64,000 bases of DNA, taken from positions 434,001-498,000 of the forward strand of contig BAAIJX010000002.1 of NCBI GenBank assembly GCA_054600435.1. The letters are read 5' to 3'. The DNA is from Neophaeotheca triangularis. Lineage: Eukaryota. How positions within the stretch are numbered: the first letter of the stretch is position 1; each line of letters begins with the position of its first letter. The notes under the pieces are model-generated. The model was not told the origin of the DNA. It did not search any database and saw nothing but the letters and a program-made list of their open reading frames with translations. The position numbers and the translations under genes are program-made. Below, in pieces: positions 24,478 through 38,237 of the stretch.

Positions 24478-26217
24478 GTTTTGGAGAATTCGAGAAGGTT
24501 GGAAAGAAGGTAAGAATTTGGAGGTATCTGAATTGCTACATTGTGGTGCTGCGCAGACCCGACCACCCTTTTATGTTTACCCAGTGGTGACTGCAACCCC
24601 TCCCACCGCCAAGTTGACCTACTATGTTCGCTACAAATCCACCGAGTGACAAGCAGACAAGAACGGCGAGACGTCAAAGCGTAAATTGCAAAAGACGTAG
24701 CTGTGCGACTGCAGGTGCATGTAGTTGCGCCCGAGTACGCGCTGGCATGGAAATGTTTCAGCTACACGCTCGCTTGCATATTACCCCGTCGGCCAAGTCT
24801 GGGGGACATATTAAAGCGCCATGCCTTTAGAAATGTAGTTAGAGTTTTTTTCGACACCTACCAACCCTACACTCCGGTACACAAACTGGCTGATGCAGTA
24901 CTGGTTGGAAGCTGGCTACCAGTATATCGGCCTATGTGGTGGAAATATATTGGTTCACGGTCGACTTCTCGGTAGTCCTGAATGCGATGCTCGGCGAAGT
25001 GGCCAATGAACTACCTTGGCTTCTTGTCTTGACCGGGAAGCTTTTCGACAGCATTAAAGCAGACTTTTTGAGTGAGGCTGACGTTTGACTCTCTTGGCCC
25101 AACGTCGTTTGTTGCCCCTGAACCGGACGTCTTTCCAAAGAGGAGACAATGCTGCCAGACTGCATTTTAACAGAGCATCATCTGACTACACAGGGTGTGG
25201 AGGGAGTCTTTGCGATTTGCGCGTTGCTTTTTCCCCGTCTGCAGGTAACCTTTGGGAGTTCACGCTATTCGGCATAATAGTGACCGATATGAAGTCAGCG
25301 AGGCCTATTCATTAAGAAGCTGCATATGATATAGTATGTACAATAGAACTAGCAATGTCACGAGGCCCTCACTGGGTGTAACAAGTAGTACTACTAGGAG
25401 AGAGGTTGCAACAACCATGGAAGTTTGATCGACCTTCTCCACCGGGAACCAGCTTGGCGTCTCGCAGATCGATGCTAAAAGGCGACCTTGGAGCCGATGT
25501 CATCAACGATGGGGATTATTGCCTTCCATTGCTCTTTGTTCTCCGAGGCGTCACACTCGAAAGAATCAATCTTGAGCGCTACCTGAGTCGAACTAGCAAG
25601 CCTTCACGTCTCCTGTCTTAAAGCCAAAGCCAAAGCCACCTACCTCAGCACGCCCAGCTACGTACAATCACGTGATCCATCTACCATCTACTCGCTGAGG
25701 TGCCCTGCCCTGGTTTCACAGCGCTTGATGTTTGAGACATGGAAAGGGAAAGCCGCCAGGCTGGCTCCCCCTGAACCTGTCAAACGACACGGCAAGCCAT
25801 CATCACATTCATCATGTTACTTTCCCCTCTGAACGACGACGTTCGCGCTCATCCATGGATACTGGAAGCACTGGAAGCATTGGAGTAGAATGATTGTAAT
25901 TACCCCGTCATGAGATCAAACGCTCGAGTTCGGACGAGGTCGTGAACGCCCCACCTGACGTCCGTTAGTGTTAGAGAGGCGACGAGAATATAATGGTGAA
26001 GACTCGTGCGTCATGTCTTGAGCAGAGCGGCTTCCTGCAGCGCGCACGAGCTTTACCTCCTTCCTTCTAGAAACGGCAGGAACCACGACACATTTCCAAC
26101 AAACGGACTTTGGAGCCTTGGACGCCTTTTTAAAAGGCAACTCTTCTACCAAACCCGCGCCTCTGCTCCCCTTCAAACTACCACTCAACCTCCTCCAACA
26201 CCAAAACTACCACCACC

Positions 26218-26946
26218 ATGGCCAAACCAAAGAACACGAAGCCAACCGCGAAGCCCGACGAAAAGTTCGACGTCATGATACGAGCTCGTAAGAACACCGA
26301 AGCTCACGGGAAGCACTTGGACAGTGAAGGCAACATCATTCTGGCCGAGAACATCCCACGCGCGACCCTCAGCCGCTTCATCTACGAGCTCGACACCCGC
26401 ACCAACAGCCAACCTCCTTTTGATAGACCACCCGAAACCGACTCCACCGGCAGCTCCAACAAAGAGCGACGCGTCGTCTGGCTCTCCACCTGGATCGACG
26501 AGGAAGCCGCCCGCTTCATCATGGCCTGGATCCTACGCGAAGCCGACTCGCTACAGCCCTCACCACTGCCGTGCCCCGACGACTTCAACCTGGCCGTCAG
26601 CGTCCACCGCGCCGCGAAAGTCTTCAACCTCGTGCGTGAAGTCCGCGGCGAGCTGGTCAGGGAGAATTTGATGTGGTACATCAGGAACATGCCGCTCACT
26701 TACTCGGAGTTTGCTATGCTTATGGAGCACACGGATTGGGATGGTGGGTTGACCATGACGGCGAAGAGGTCTATTGTCAGCTTGGGTAGGGGTAGGGTTC
26801 CGGAGTTTGATAGCATCTTGGAGTATTGTGCCGAAACTGGCTTGATGGTTTCGATGGTGGAGCTCGGCTTGCAGAGCATAAGGTTGGGTAACGCCAACGG
26901 GAACGGGAACGGTGGTCATGGAAGGAAGAGGGTCAACGCTGTCTGA
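26218..26946 (+). CDS. Hypothetical protein (242 aa), possibly remote BTB/POZ-like
   Basis: Single ORF with caccATGG context and strong codon bias. The helical pattern AARFIMAWI...AVSVHRAAKVFNL is reminiscent of fungal BTB-like proteins, but this is weak. Confidence 0.6.
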   Translation: MAKPKNTKPTAKPDEKFDVMIRARKNTEAHGKHLDSEGNIILAENIPRATLSRFIYELDTRTNSQPPFDRPPETDSTGSSNKERRVVWLSTWIDEEAARFIMAWILREADSLQPSPLPCPDDFNLAVSVHRAAKVFNLVREVRGELVRENLMWYIRNMPLTYSEFAMLMEHTDWDGGLTMTAKRSIVSLGRGRVPEFDSILEYCAETGLMVSMVELGLQSIRLGNANGNGNGGHGRKRVNAV

Positions 26947-27263
26947 GGAAGTGCCAAAATCTTGAGAGTGGGAAGGGAATGTCAAAGTCTTGGGCGAAGA
27001 AGGAGTTGAGCGGAAAGGAGAAGCGGGAGCATAGGAGCGTAATGAGAGTGGGAAGCTCATGAGCTGGGGAATCGCTCCTTCTACAAGCACCTGCGAGAGA
27101 CGATCAGCCAGTGGCACGTGAGAGACGTCAGGCATGAATACCATACCAATGTTCCAAAACCACGCAGCACTATGAGAACCTACAGACTCTGCGTATCCCA
27201 TAGCTTGCATAGAAACTGTAGAAAACATCAAATAACCCCCAAACCCCTCTATGCACCCCACAA

Positions 27264-27905
27264 TCAATTCATCTTCGCGTTCGAAAAGTCCATGTCAGGA
27301 TGCTGCGCCTGAAACTTCTTCAACATGTCCGCCTTCTTGCTCTCATCGCTCGTCGGCTGCCCCATCTCCTTCTGCCTCTGATCAAACATCATCTTCTCCA
27401 CCATGCTCCTCGTCTCGCCGTCCAAATCGCTCAACTTGCTGTTCTCGGGCGATATCTTGCTGGTATCGATTTTGGGCGCCGAAGTCACGACGTGCGCCCA
27501 CCACTCCATCTTGTTGGCTTTGTCGAGGTGGATGTTGAGCTCTTTGCCATCTTTGGTCGACTCTAGCGTCCAGGCGGAGTCGTCGGGGCGGATGGGGTGG
27601 GGGAAGGTCCCCTGTGCACGGCTGGTTAGTTGCCGTTTGGGGTTGCAGGATATTGCCAGATTGCTCCCCACCTCTATAATAGGGTCCTGGCCTTTGATGC
27701 CGGCCTTGATGCCCGTTCTGGTAATGTCCACATTGAGATCTCTGCCTTTGATGTTGCCGGGGATCGGGGCGATGAGGTCAAGGTCGCCGATTTGCTGGGT
27801 CCATTTGTAAGGGAGTTTGCTCTGCTCTTCTAGTTCGCGTAGCTTTGCATCTTTGTCGAGCTTCTCGCGCTCCTCTGGCGGCGGTGATGCTGGACGGTCT
27901 GCCAT
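27264..27905 (-). CDS. nudC: Nuclear distribution protein NudC, CS/p23 domain (~193 aa)
   Basis: Exons 27905-27672 and 27611-27264. [61 protein letters not shown]. Confidence 0.93.
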   Translation of the reverse strand: MADRPASPPPEEREKLDKDAKLRELEEQSKLPYKWTQQIGDLDLIAPIPGNIKGRDLNVDITRTGIKAGIKGQDPIIEVGSNLAISCNPKRQLTSRAQGTFPHPIRPDDSAWTLESTKDGKELNIHLDKANKMEWWAHVVTSAPKIDTSKISPENSKLSDLDGETRSMVEKMMFDQRQKEMGQPTSDESKKADMLKKFQAQHPDMDFSNAKMN

Positions 27906-28063
27906 TGGGAAGATAGCTGAAGTCTGGAACGTTTGCAAAGCTCAATGTGGGGAAGTAGGTATGTGGTCTGTCAAGACTTCCGTCACGAGCGTCGCGCGCG
28001 GTCACGAGTTACGATTTCACTCGGTGCTTCTAAAGACTGGGCAGTACAAGTACAGTTTCACAT

Positions 28064-29265
<1,202 letters not shown>

Positions 29266-29545
29266 TGGAAATTGTTGCGCAATACAGCTCGCTGGTCAAA
29301 AAGTTCAAGGGACTTGGGGAGCTTGCTCGGCCGGTATCGGGTCGACTGAAACTCCAAACCCGAGGGTCAGAGTTGGAGCAAACTTCAGTCAATGGTCGAC
29401 AGAAGGGGACATTATTCGTCAAAGATGTTCAGATGGTTCGGTTAATGCTCTACTATTCATTCGATCTTATCTAGTATCTACAAGTACACTAGGCCATCGA
29501 AACACCTCTACATCTTTCCCCAATCACGACCAGGCCTCCGAGAGC

Positions 29546-31345
29546 TTATAACTTCATTCCCAACGCTTTGTGCACCCTCAGAGATTGCCGAATGCTCAGA
29601 TCAAGCATAATCTCCTCACTACCACCCGGAATGGCGTACGCGCGCACATCGCGGTACAGGCGCTCAACCTTGGCACCCTGTCCGCCACGGCTGTACGAAA
29701 GGCCACCAAAGATCTGACTTGCTTCTCGGGCACAAAACTCGAACGTGGTGGTGGCCTGGGCCTTGAGACCCGCAATCGCTCCTCCCAACTTTAACATGGC
29801 TTCCGTCTCGTTCATCATCTGGCACTGGTAAATCAGGCTTTCGAGCCAAGCGTACGAGGCTTCGATCTGTCTTGCCATGTGCGCGAGCTTCAAGCGGATG
29901 ACGGGGTGCTCGATGAGCTTTTGGCCAAAGGTTCTGCGCTTGTGGGCGTATTTGATGGATTCTTCGTAGCAGACGCGGGAGAAGCGTAGGCACTGAATGA
30001 TGATGCCAATGCGTTCGTGGTTGAAGTTGGCTAGAAGGCGCGAGGTCAGTATTGTTTTGCATGTTTCGGTCATTGCCTGCTGGACACTCACTCATGATGA
30101 CCTTGAAGCCTTGGTTTTCCTTGCCGATCAGGTTCTCAACCGGTACCTTGACGTCCTCGAATGTAACGTAGGTTGTGCCGGAAGACCAGACACCCTGGCA
30201 CTCCATCTTGCGCGTGCTCACGCCACCGTGCTCGCGCTCGATCAGCAGAACAGACACACCGTTCATGCCCTCACCCCCAGTTCGGACGGCAGTTGTAAAG
30301 TAATCACAGTAGATACCGTTGGTGATCCACTTCTTCTCGCCATTGACAATGTAGTGCTTGCCATCCTCCGTGAGCTTGGCCTCGCAGGTCAAGTTGGCTA
30401 CATCACTGCCAGCATCAGGCTCCGTAATGGCCAAGCAGATGCGCTTCTCGCCGTTGAGGATCTGAGGCATGGTCCGTTGGACGAGCTCTTTCTTGCCAAA
30501 CTTGGCCAAAGGTGGGCAGCCAATACCAAAACCTCCAAGCATGCTCCAGACGAAGCCACCGGAACCAGTACGGGACAGCTCATCGGTGATGATGAGCTCG
30601 TGGAACAAGTCCCACTTCTCAGCGGGCACGCTCTTGACTCTGTTGTCGGTCAGGTGCGTCGGGTAGTGCATTCCCATAAGACCAGCGAGGTATCCCTTCT
30701 CCGCAAGCTTCTTGTAAATTTCCTCGGGCACCTTCTTGGCCTCATCCCATTCGGTAATGTTTGGCTGAAGCTCTTCCTCGACCCATTCGCGCACTTCTTG
30801 ACGTAGATCGGCGTGTGTCTGGTTGAAGTAGGGAGTGTGGTAGGTTTGGTACCATGACGGGTCTGCAAACGGAACCATGTCGCCATATTGGTCCATGGCT
30901 TCGGCCTCTTCCTGAGCAGCGGAGCTGGGCATAGGTGCGACATGGCCGGATTCGGCCTGCGGCTTGACCAAGTCTTTCTTCTCGCTCGCTTTCTTTTCGC
31001 TCGTTGGCGGAGGCGTGGCGGATGGTGTTGGCGGTGTCTCTTGAGCGGGCTTAGGCTTGGAATCTAGGGAGCCGATTTGCAAGGTCTTGGAGTATTTTTT
31101 CAGGATGCTCTCGTTGTGGTATTTCCAGAATTGCTTGCTGGCGTCTTTTCCTGCTACTCTCTGGAGGACTAGGCATGGTCAGTCAACGTTGACACGACGG
31201 AGAGTGAAGACAGCTTACTCTTCTTGCCTCCGGGGTGTTCCTCCTGGAACTTGCTGAGATCGTAGACATCCTGGTCGACGATAATCCAGAGGCTGTCGGG
31301 CTTGTTGTGTGAGGCCACATCGGCGGGAGAGAAGGTCTTTGACAT
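29546..31345 (-). CDS. Acyl-CoA dehydrogenase with N-terminal cytochrome b5-like domain (~562 aa)
   Basis: Exons 31345-31219, 31168-30092, 30030-29546. b5 motifs LWIIV..VYDL..F..EHPGG and FWKYH. ACAD motifs CLAITEPDAGSD, NGEKKWITNG, QIFGGLSY, AIPGGSEEI. Ends in -MKL. Confidence 0.92.
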
Positions 31346-31889
31346 GATGGAGAGTGATAGGGTATGTAAATGTGGAAGGTCGAGTTTGGTGGGAAGAAAC
31401 AGAACAAGCGAGCGAGGACAACAAGGAGTATAGAAACGTCTTCGGGCGATCTACTACGTGTGTATCCTCGGATCCAGAGGTCACACGCCTACTATTTGGT
31501 TCACGGCCATGTGAAAGATGATGTCCATGGCACGCGCTGTTTGCGAACTAAGCATTCCATTATTGCGTTCTTCATTGGTCCAAAGTGATCGGGCCTCGGT
31601 TCGGTCATCTCTTTCACATGCTTTGCTACACATCTCTAGCACGTGAAAAAAGGCCTTCCCCGGTAAATACCCCCCGGGGTCTTCTCATGATGTCTTGACT
31701 CGCGCCCCAAGCGTCCGCCATGGGGTAACGCTATAACGAAGGAGCGGAGATTGCTCGTAAACCCCCCGTCTCTGCTACCTCATGTCAGCCCAGGGGCCTC
31801 AATGAGCTCGCCAAGTGCTCACAGGGCCTCTGCCCACCACCACCCCAAGCCCAAGTCCCGGGCCAAAGCACACGGCCCCGCCCTCCCTC

Positions 31890-32285
31890 TCAAACCTCCC
31901 GCCCACTCCACTCGGCCAAATTAACCACCACCGGACATGCCCCACTCCTAACAACAACCCACACAACCTCGCCCTCCCCCTCGTTAACCTCCTGATGCTC
32001 AACACCCGCAGGGATGAGGGCAAAATCCCCCTCCCCCAAAACCTGCCTTCTCGCCCCGCCCTCACTAACGATAGCGCCGCGCCCGGAGACAGCGTAGACG
32101 ACAGTATCCTGATCGCCATGGTGGTGGACAGCGGAAGAAGAGTGGGGCGGTGCGATCATGCGGGTCGCGCAGATGGCGGGCGCGAGGTTGACGAGGGCGT
32201 TTTGGCGCTGCATGCCTGTTGTTTGGTCGCCGGAGGTTGTGAGAGTAGCCGCGCGGGTTACGGTGACGGGGGTTTGTGTGGACAT
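31890..32285 (-). CDS. Small cupin (RmlC-like) protein (131 aa)
   Basis: Cupin motifs SAVHHHGDQDTVVYAVSGRG and GDFALIPAGVEHQE. Confidence 0.82.
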   Translation of the reverse strand: MSTQTPVTVTRAATLTTSGDQTTGMQRQNALVNLAPAICATRMIAPPHSSSAVHHHGDQDTVVYAVSGRGAIVSEGGARRQVLGEGDFALIPAGVEHQEVNEGEGEVVWVVVRSGACPVVVNLAEWSGREV

Positions 32286-33015
32286 TCTGGGTAGGTCTTG
32301 TTTTGATCGCTGGGGGCGGGTTGACTAGACTGAAGCCGCGGATTTGAGTCTGGGGGCTTGGTGAGTAAGTTGGATCGCTGAGGGGTGAGGGCTTCACTAA
32401 CGAGTTTTTAGGTGGTACTGAGCCAGAAGAATGTTGGAAAAGATCGAGATGATCGGTAGGTTGGACAATGTGTAGGTGGACGCATGGCGAAGGAACAAAC
32501 GCAACACCGCCAAGGCAGAAGGCAAGTACTGACGGTTGGGTACAGTCGGAAGGAGACATATGCATCCAGTCTACCATAGTTGAACACTTCACCTCCATGA
32601 GAAGCTAAGTGATGGTCCGGTAGCAAACTAACACACGATTAGCAAAGACTTGTATGGATGTTATCATTCATGTGACAAAGGCAAAGAGCCAGTCTGGCTC
32701 GCGACCGCTTCACATGCGAAGACTGACCTCGACGAAGGCAGGAGCAAAAAAACGAAGAAAAGGCTAGAAAACACACATTCCCATTCACTTCAACGACCGA
32801 CGCGAATCAATCAAAAAGGATCGACGTGGCCATAAGCCTAAGATTCAATTGCTACATAAATATGAATCCCAAGGCATCTCCAGGCCATTGTCCGCTCATT
32901 CCCAAAAGATAACCCAATTCCTCTTCGAAAAGCGAGTGAAGATGGGCGCGCCAAAGCGCCTTCGCTAAATAAACAATATGGCATAAAAATTCGTAATCAT
33001 AGCCCAAGCAAGCGA

Positions 33016-34674
33016 TCAGAAACAAACGACGGCACCGTGAACAGCAGTAGAATCTGCGTTGCGGGCCTCGAGGGCCTTGCTCTCTGCCATAGGACGAAGA
33101 GTCGTCGACATGGGCTTGTTGTTGTTCTCCTCTTTGAAGTTGGAGTTTGATTTGACCAGCTCGGCGCCTTGCTGGCTGACTTCGATGGTCGGAGTCTCCA
33201 AAGGTTGGATCTCGTCTGCGGGCTCGCTGGCTGGGGGTTGGTCCGTTGAGGCGGCAGCTGATGAGCTTTGCGAGGAAGAGCGCTCGAGCGGGGTTGAAGG
33301 GGTGGCATCGACGTGGCTGGCGTAGCTGGGTGGTGATAGCTCCCAATTCTCCAACGACAGCATTCGCCAATTGATCTTGACGCGCCTCCCTTGATAGATC
33401 AACACGTCGCTGGCTCGAATGGCATCTGACTTGAGGAGAGGCAGACAGCGTCGAATGTAGCGCTGTGCTTGCGCTGCGGAACGATTGTGTGGAGGCGCCC
33501 ACTTGCCGTCGGCATCGACATTTGACGGCACGATCGACGCCTCACGAATCGGGTCTTCTACCACCGTTGAAGCCGTTGTGATTCGCGAGACAACAGGCCG
33601 AAGTTCGCTGCCAGAATACGGTCCTGGGGAAGCGCCATCTTCTGCCAGCAAGGACAAGTCCAGTTCTTCATCTTCTCGGGGCGTTGACTGACTCTGTGTT
33701 CTTCCCGTCGGTGACATCGCTGCTGCACCTCCAGTCTGCTCTGCGGTCACAGGTGTAGAATCAATCGCCGGCACCATTGAACCCTCCATCAGACCAGGGA
33801 AATGCTGCCGCATAATGCGCTCCTGTTCGGCCAAGAACGCTGGATCGTTGAAATCGTTCGTTGCTTCCTCGGGCTGCGGTCGTGGCCGGCGCCTTCTCCG
33901 AGGCATAGTGCATTGCTTTGCTTGACTTCTTTCGTCGATGGGATGTGAAATGTCAATGGCGGCGCTAAGCGCTTCGATGAAGTCGTGAACCATGTCCTCG
34001 GAAGAGTTTGCGAGGAGGAACTGATCCGACTCGACCCGTAATCGAACAATGTGTTGAGGTTCGGCTTTGTACATCTTCTTGTCCCTGCGCCATGCCTTCT
34101 CACGTGAAAAGGGTGGTACGAGATGTGCCAGCCTTGTTTGTGGGATGAGAACAGTGTGCTCGCTATCGGGAGCCAGACCAATCTCGGCATGCTGCAGAGT
34201 GTACGAGCGTAGCACTCTCCCCCGTTGCTTGTCTTTGAGCCGGTAGAGGACGAGCAAGGTTCCGCGGACCTCAGCGTACACCTCTTTCCAGTAGCCTTCA
34301 CCGATGTCGTGAAGTGGATTTACAGACTCGAGCATCGTCAACATGATTCCCTCGGCATTGACTGTGCAATTGTACCCGGGCAATTGTTCGTCACCATTCC
34401 GATCGTGTCGTGTGATCTGGGATGCCTGGGCCTCTTTGCTCCGATACGGAGGTGGTGCATCGTTGGCGGTGCTGCAGACTGTTTGGAAAGAGTTGTGGTA
34501 GCTGGTTATACGGCGGTAAGAAGTGCGATTGGCGGATCGGAGGGCAATGAGTCGTGAAATGGGAGCACCCATATTATCACCCCCGCTCTCGATGACTTGT
34601 TGCCTTTGGCGTTGGACGGACATTTCTTGAGAATCCATACCGAGTACCGATCGCAGCAAGGGCGTCAAGGACAT
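33016..34674 (-). CDS. PH-domain protein with PY motifs (~552 aa)
   Basis: First in-frame ATG at 34674. PH-like core WKEVYAEVRGTLLVLY...RSYTLQHAEIGLA...VRLRVESDQFLL...AAIDISHPIDER. PPPY, LPGY and PPSY motifs. Confidence 0.8.
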   Translation of the reverse strand: MSLTPLLRSVLGMDSQEMSVQRQRQQVIESGGDNMGAPISRLIALRSANRTSYRRITSYHNSFQTVCSTANDAPPPYRSKEAQASQITRHDRNGDEQLPGYNCTVNAEGIMLTMLESVNPLHDIGEGYWKEVYAEVRGTLLVLYRLKDKQRGRVLRSYTLQHAEIGLAPDSEHTVLIPQTRLAHLVPPFSREKAWRRDKKMYKAEPQHIVRLRVESDQFLLANSSEDMVHDFIEALSAAIDISHPIDERSQAKQCTMPRRRRRPRPQPEEATNDFNDPAFLAEQERIMRQHFPGLMEGSMVPAIDSTPVTAEQTGGAAAMSPTGRTQSQSTPREDEELDLSLLAEDGASPGPYSGSELRPVVSRITTASTVVEDPIREASIVPSNVDADGKWAPPHNRSAAQAQRYIRRCLPLLKSDAIRASDVLIYQGRRVKINWRMLSLENWELSPPSYASHVDATPSTPLERSSSQSSSAAASTDQPPASEPADEIQPLETPTIEVSQQGAELVKSNSNFKEENNNKPMSTTLRPMAESKALEARNADSTAVHGAVVCF

Positions 34675-36801
34675 TTCAAAGGACGGGAGGAGCAGCGGCT
34701 CCAAGTGAGGTTATAGCAGCAGCAGCAGCAACGCTGAGGTCCCGTCCAACGAGACGCGGTGACTTGGCGAGCTGGCTCGGGAGGTATTGGCGGGCCTGGG
34801 TCGATGCAGGTGCCCAGCTAAGGTAGTGACCACAGTAGGTACCTGACCGTACTACCAGTGAGGTGGCTGCGCTTGCAATTCACGTGGCCGCGCGCCGTGA
34901 AAGCCGCGACTGAAAGAATAACAATGCAGCTTGGTGAGTGGTGACTGCCCGGTGAGCGAAGGGTTGCCGTGGCTTGCCTTTTGGGCCAAGCGGCCTGCGC
35001 AATCAAGTGGATTAAAAGAGATCTGGGCGAGGCGCAGCGAGGGGAAAGTAACAAGCTTGCCAAGGGTCCGTCCAAGGCACGCTCGTCTGACAAGACCACG
35101 CGAGTCTTGGGACATGGACGAGTTAAGAAGTCAAGATGACCGAACAGTGGAAGTCAAGAAACAAGACGAGACTGGCATGGCATGGCATTGTCGCCACCGA
35201 AGCAAAGCCGGTTTGTGTCAATCCACAAGAAACCTGAAGCTTCCGCGGTGAAGTGAGAAGTCGTCCAAGTTATTATTATTATTATCGTTAATAATTAGGA
35301 GCTGGACAAGGAAAGGTAAGGTACTTTACTGTAGGTACTACTGTAATGTAGGTAGTAGGTAGGTACCGCAACTGTAAGGCGTGACGCTAACAATGAATGC
35401 TCTGGCACCGCGGTCCGATGAGCGGGCCACGCGAACAGAAACGGGCGATTACTAGTAATAATAATAATAATATTGCGCCGCTGCTCTGTTTCATGCGGGG
35501 TAAGCGAGAGATAGTGACAGTACCGAGTACTGTCCCTACTACCTGCCTTATTTGTAAATTCTCTACGGCTCGAACGGGTCCGATGGATGCTACTAGACTA
35601 GGTACTTGTAGGTAGTCGAGACGGAAAAGCGTGGTGATACTACTATACCCAAGTAGTCTATAATAATGTCAAATGACCAGTGGTGTGACTACAGGTATTG
35701 TCTTTGTATCCATCATCCTCAAATTCACAAGGCAACTGAGGCGATTATTCGGACTCGGACTGGACCTTGGAAAGAGACATGACTGACTGATCTATGATGA
35801 AACCAGCACTGAGCACCACCGCTTTGACTTCCACCGCTATCCGAAATGCTAAGAAAAACTTCACAAGGTCGTCGACTCGTCACCATGAAGAAACGATGAG
35901 GTGTCGGGTTCCTGTTCTGGGTGAATAATAATGAACACAGAATCCTCCGCTGAAACCTGCCTCCAGATCCTCTCGGGTCTAGACCAGCCCTATGTCTTAT
36001 ACCTTATCATTGTATCATCACATCCCCCCTCCTTTGGACTGCAAGTTCCTATTCACACAAAAGTCCAGGCGCAGCCACACTTTTGCTCGCCTGGCTAGGT
36101 ACCTCTTGAAAGCCATTCGACCATCTCCTCCAATCGAATCACTTGGTCTGGAGTCCGGACACAGTCGTCTCCGGAGCGCTTCTGCTTTCGATGAACCGGC
36201 TGCCTCTTACAGCTGTACCAATGCAGGCACACACACACACACACCTCTAGGGAATAGCAAGCTGCAGGGTACAAGCTATCCTCGCCTGTGCTGTTTATTT
36301 ACTGTCCCCATGTTACACCGAGCTGTCATTCGTGGAAAGACGACACGGTAAATGCTACATTCGCTATTCATTCTCATTTCAATCCGTCCTCTTGGAGATC
36401 CCTCCTTCTCAACTAGTAATCTTCCTGCCTGACTTGATCTGATGCCGTGCGGCCAGAGATCCCTCGACCCTTCCACATACGATTCCGGCGCAACAAAGAC
36501 ACCAACCAAACGTGTCTACCAGCCGATCCGCATCTGGAGTGCGTGTATCTCTTCGGCTGAACTATCACGTAGCATGGCAGTCCCTGACCAATCCGAGCAC
36601 TATGCTTATTCCATCACACACGCTATGGGCTCCCTAGAAGTTGGTATGGCCCAGCCGCTCTCCTTGGCTTTGAATGCTTCGAGGTTCTGGCCGGATGGTA
36701 AGAGGGCATGCTGATCTTTCCGCGTTGGCTTCCTTCGCTCCAAAGATGAGCCGCATGTCGCCATCACACGGGTTGTTCACACCGCAAGGTATCGTATTTC
36801 G

Positions 36802-38237
36802 TCATGTAACGTTGCCTATCACATTGGTGCGCCTCCTGCGAGCTTTCCCACCGCCTTCTGCCCGTTGAGACAAGACTTCTCGCAAGGCTGGGTCGTCGCG
36901 GTCTTTGTCGATGTGGTGTACTCTTACGTGCCTGTTTGTCTCGTTAGCCAACTCATATATGCCAGCTAGAATAGGATACGCGCAACGTACCTCTGAAGAT
37001 TGTCGGGCCGGGGGTACTTGTGTTCCCTGTCAGAGCAAAATGGACATACGTAGCCTGGGCTGTCATGGACCAGACCATGACGGATCATCTCGTTCTTCCT
37101 CTTGAAGCCCTTGCCACCTTCGCTCCGGGGACAATCGCGGACTGGGCAGTAGTGAGGCCGATTGGAGCTATGTACGTTCTTGTGCGAGCTGAGCAGATAC
37201 TGTGTCTGAAAAGGCGGCGCCGTACATCCTTCGAAGTCGCAAGGAAAACTGCCAGGGAACATACTCGGATTCTGTAGACCTGGTATTGGTGGTAACATTG
37301 GCCGAGGAGCGCCGTCTGAGGTGGGTGGCTGGGCCATGTCGATGGGTGTTGTGTGAGATGTACTACACCCTTCAGGACTAGAGCCGGTTTGAGTGAAGCT
37401 CTCGGCGGAAGAGTTTGCCGTTGGAAGCGAAGGGGGTCCATTTTCCACTGCGGGCGAAGGCCGGCGATCAGAATATGGACCAGCGTAGCTGGAATACTTT
37501 GTCGGCGAGCCGTACTGTGGGGCCACATCTGCGACTGTACTCGTCGGCGACCGGATAGTGTAAGGATTTTGGCTTGATGGGGACGTTTGCGAGCTTGGAG
37601 GATAAGGGTGGTTGGACAGGGTCGGCGATGCAGCGGTAGTGAATGTATGGCCTGGTTGCGCAGGATACGGCATGGCATTTCCCTGCTGTATCGCCACTTC
37701 CGCGAGCTCTTTCAACTGGTTCTGCGCTTGGATGCTTCCAGTGAACTGCTTGAAAGAAGGCAGGCGATCCAGCGTGGGCGATGTCGGAGATGAAGGTTGA
37801 AGGGCTGGTAGCTTCTCGGCGCCCCCGTCTGGCACTGCGACCCGATGTTTAAGCAGGCTGGGTGATATAGGCACTTCATCACTGGTGCCATGTTGTGGCT
37901 GTTGACCTTGCGCAGAAATTTCGGTTTCGATTGTGAGCCGTGGCGATGTCTGCGGGTTCTGTCTATCGGGCACGTCCTGGGCCGCAGACTCGCTGCGTGC
38001 GGCATCTACACTGTCTCTGACCGCCAAGTTCCGAGCTGCGGCTGCTGCTATGGACTGTACGTTATCTGCGATGTGAACTGGCGTATTGTTCGTTTCTGAG
38101 CCATTAGCAGTCTGTACACCGGATGAAATGTCGCCATCAGGCTTCGAACATTTCATGTCTGTCGTCGTCGTCTGGTCCTCGGTCGCAGGAGCTGTGTTTT
38201 GGTCTCCTGCCTCAACACCATCTACGGCATCTGACAT
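36802..38237 (-). CDS. C2H2 zinc-finger transcription factor (~458 aa; start may lie further upstream)
   Basis: Exons 38237-36991 and 36931-36802 (intron 36932-36990). Three fingers: CDFEGC..HKNVH, CPVRDC..HGLVH, CPFC..HVRVHH. Long S/P/T-rich N-terminus. Confidence 0.85.
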
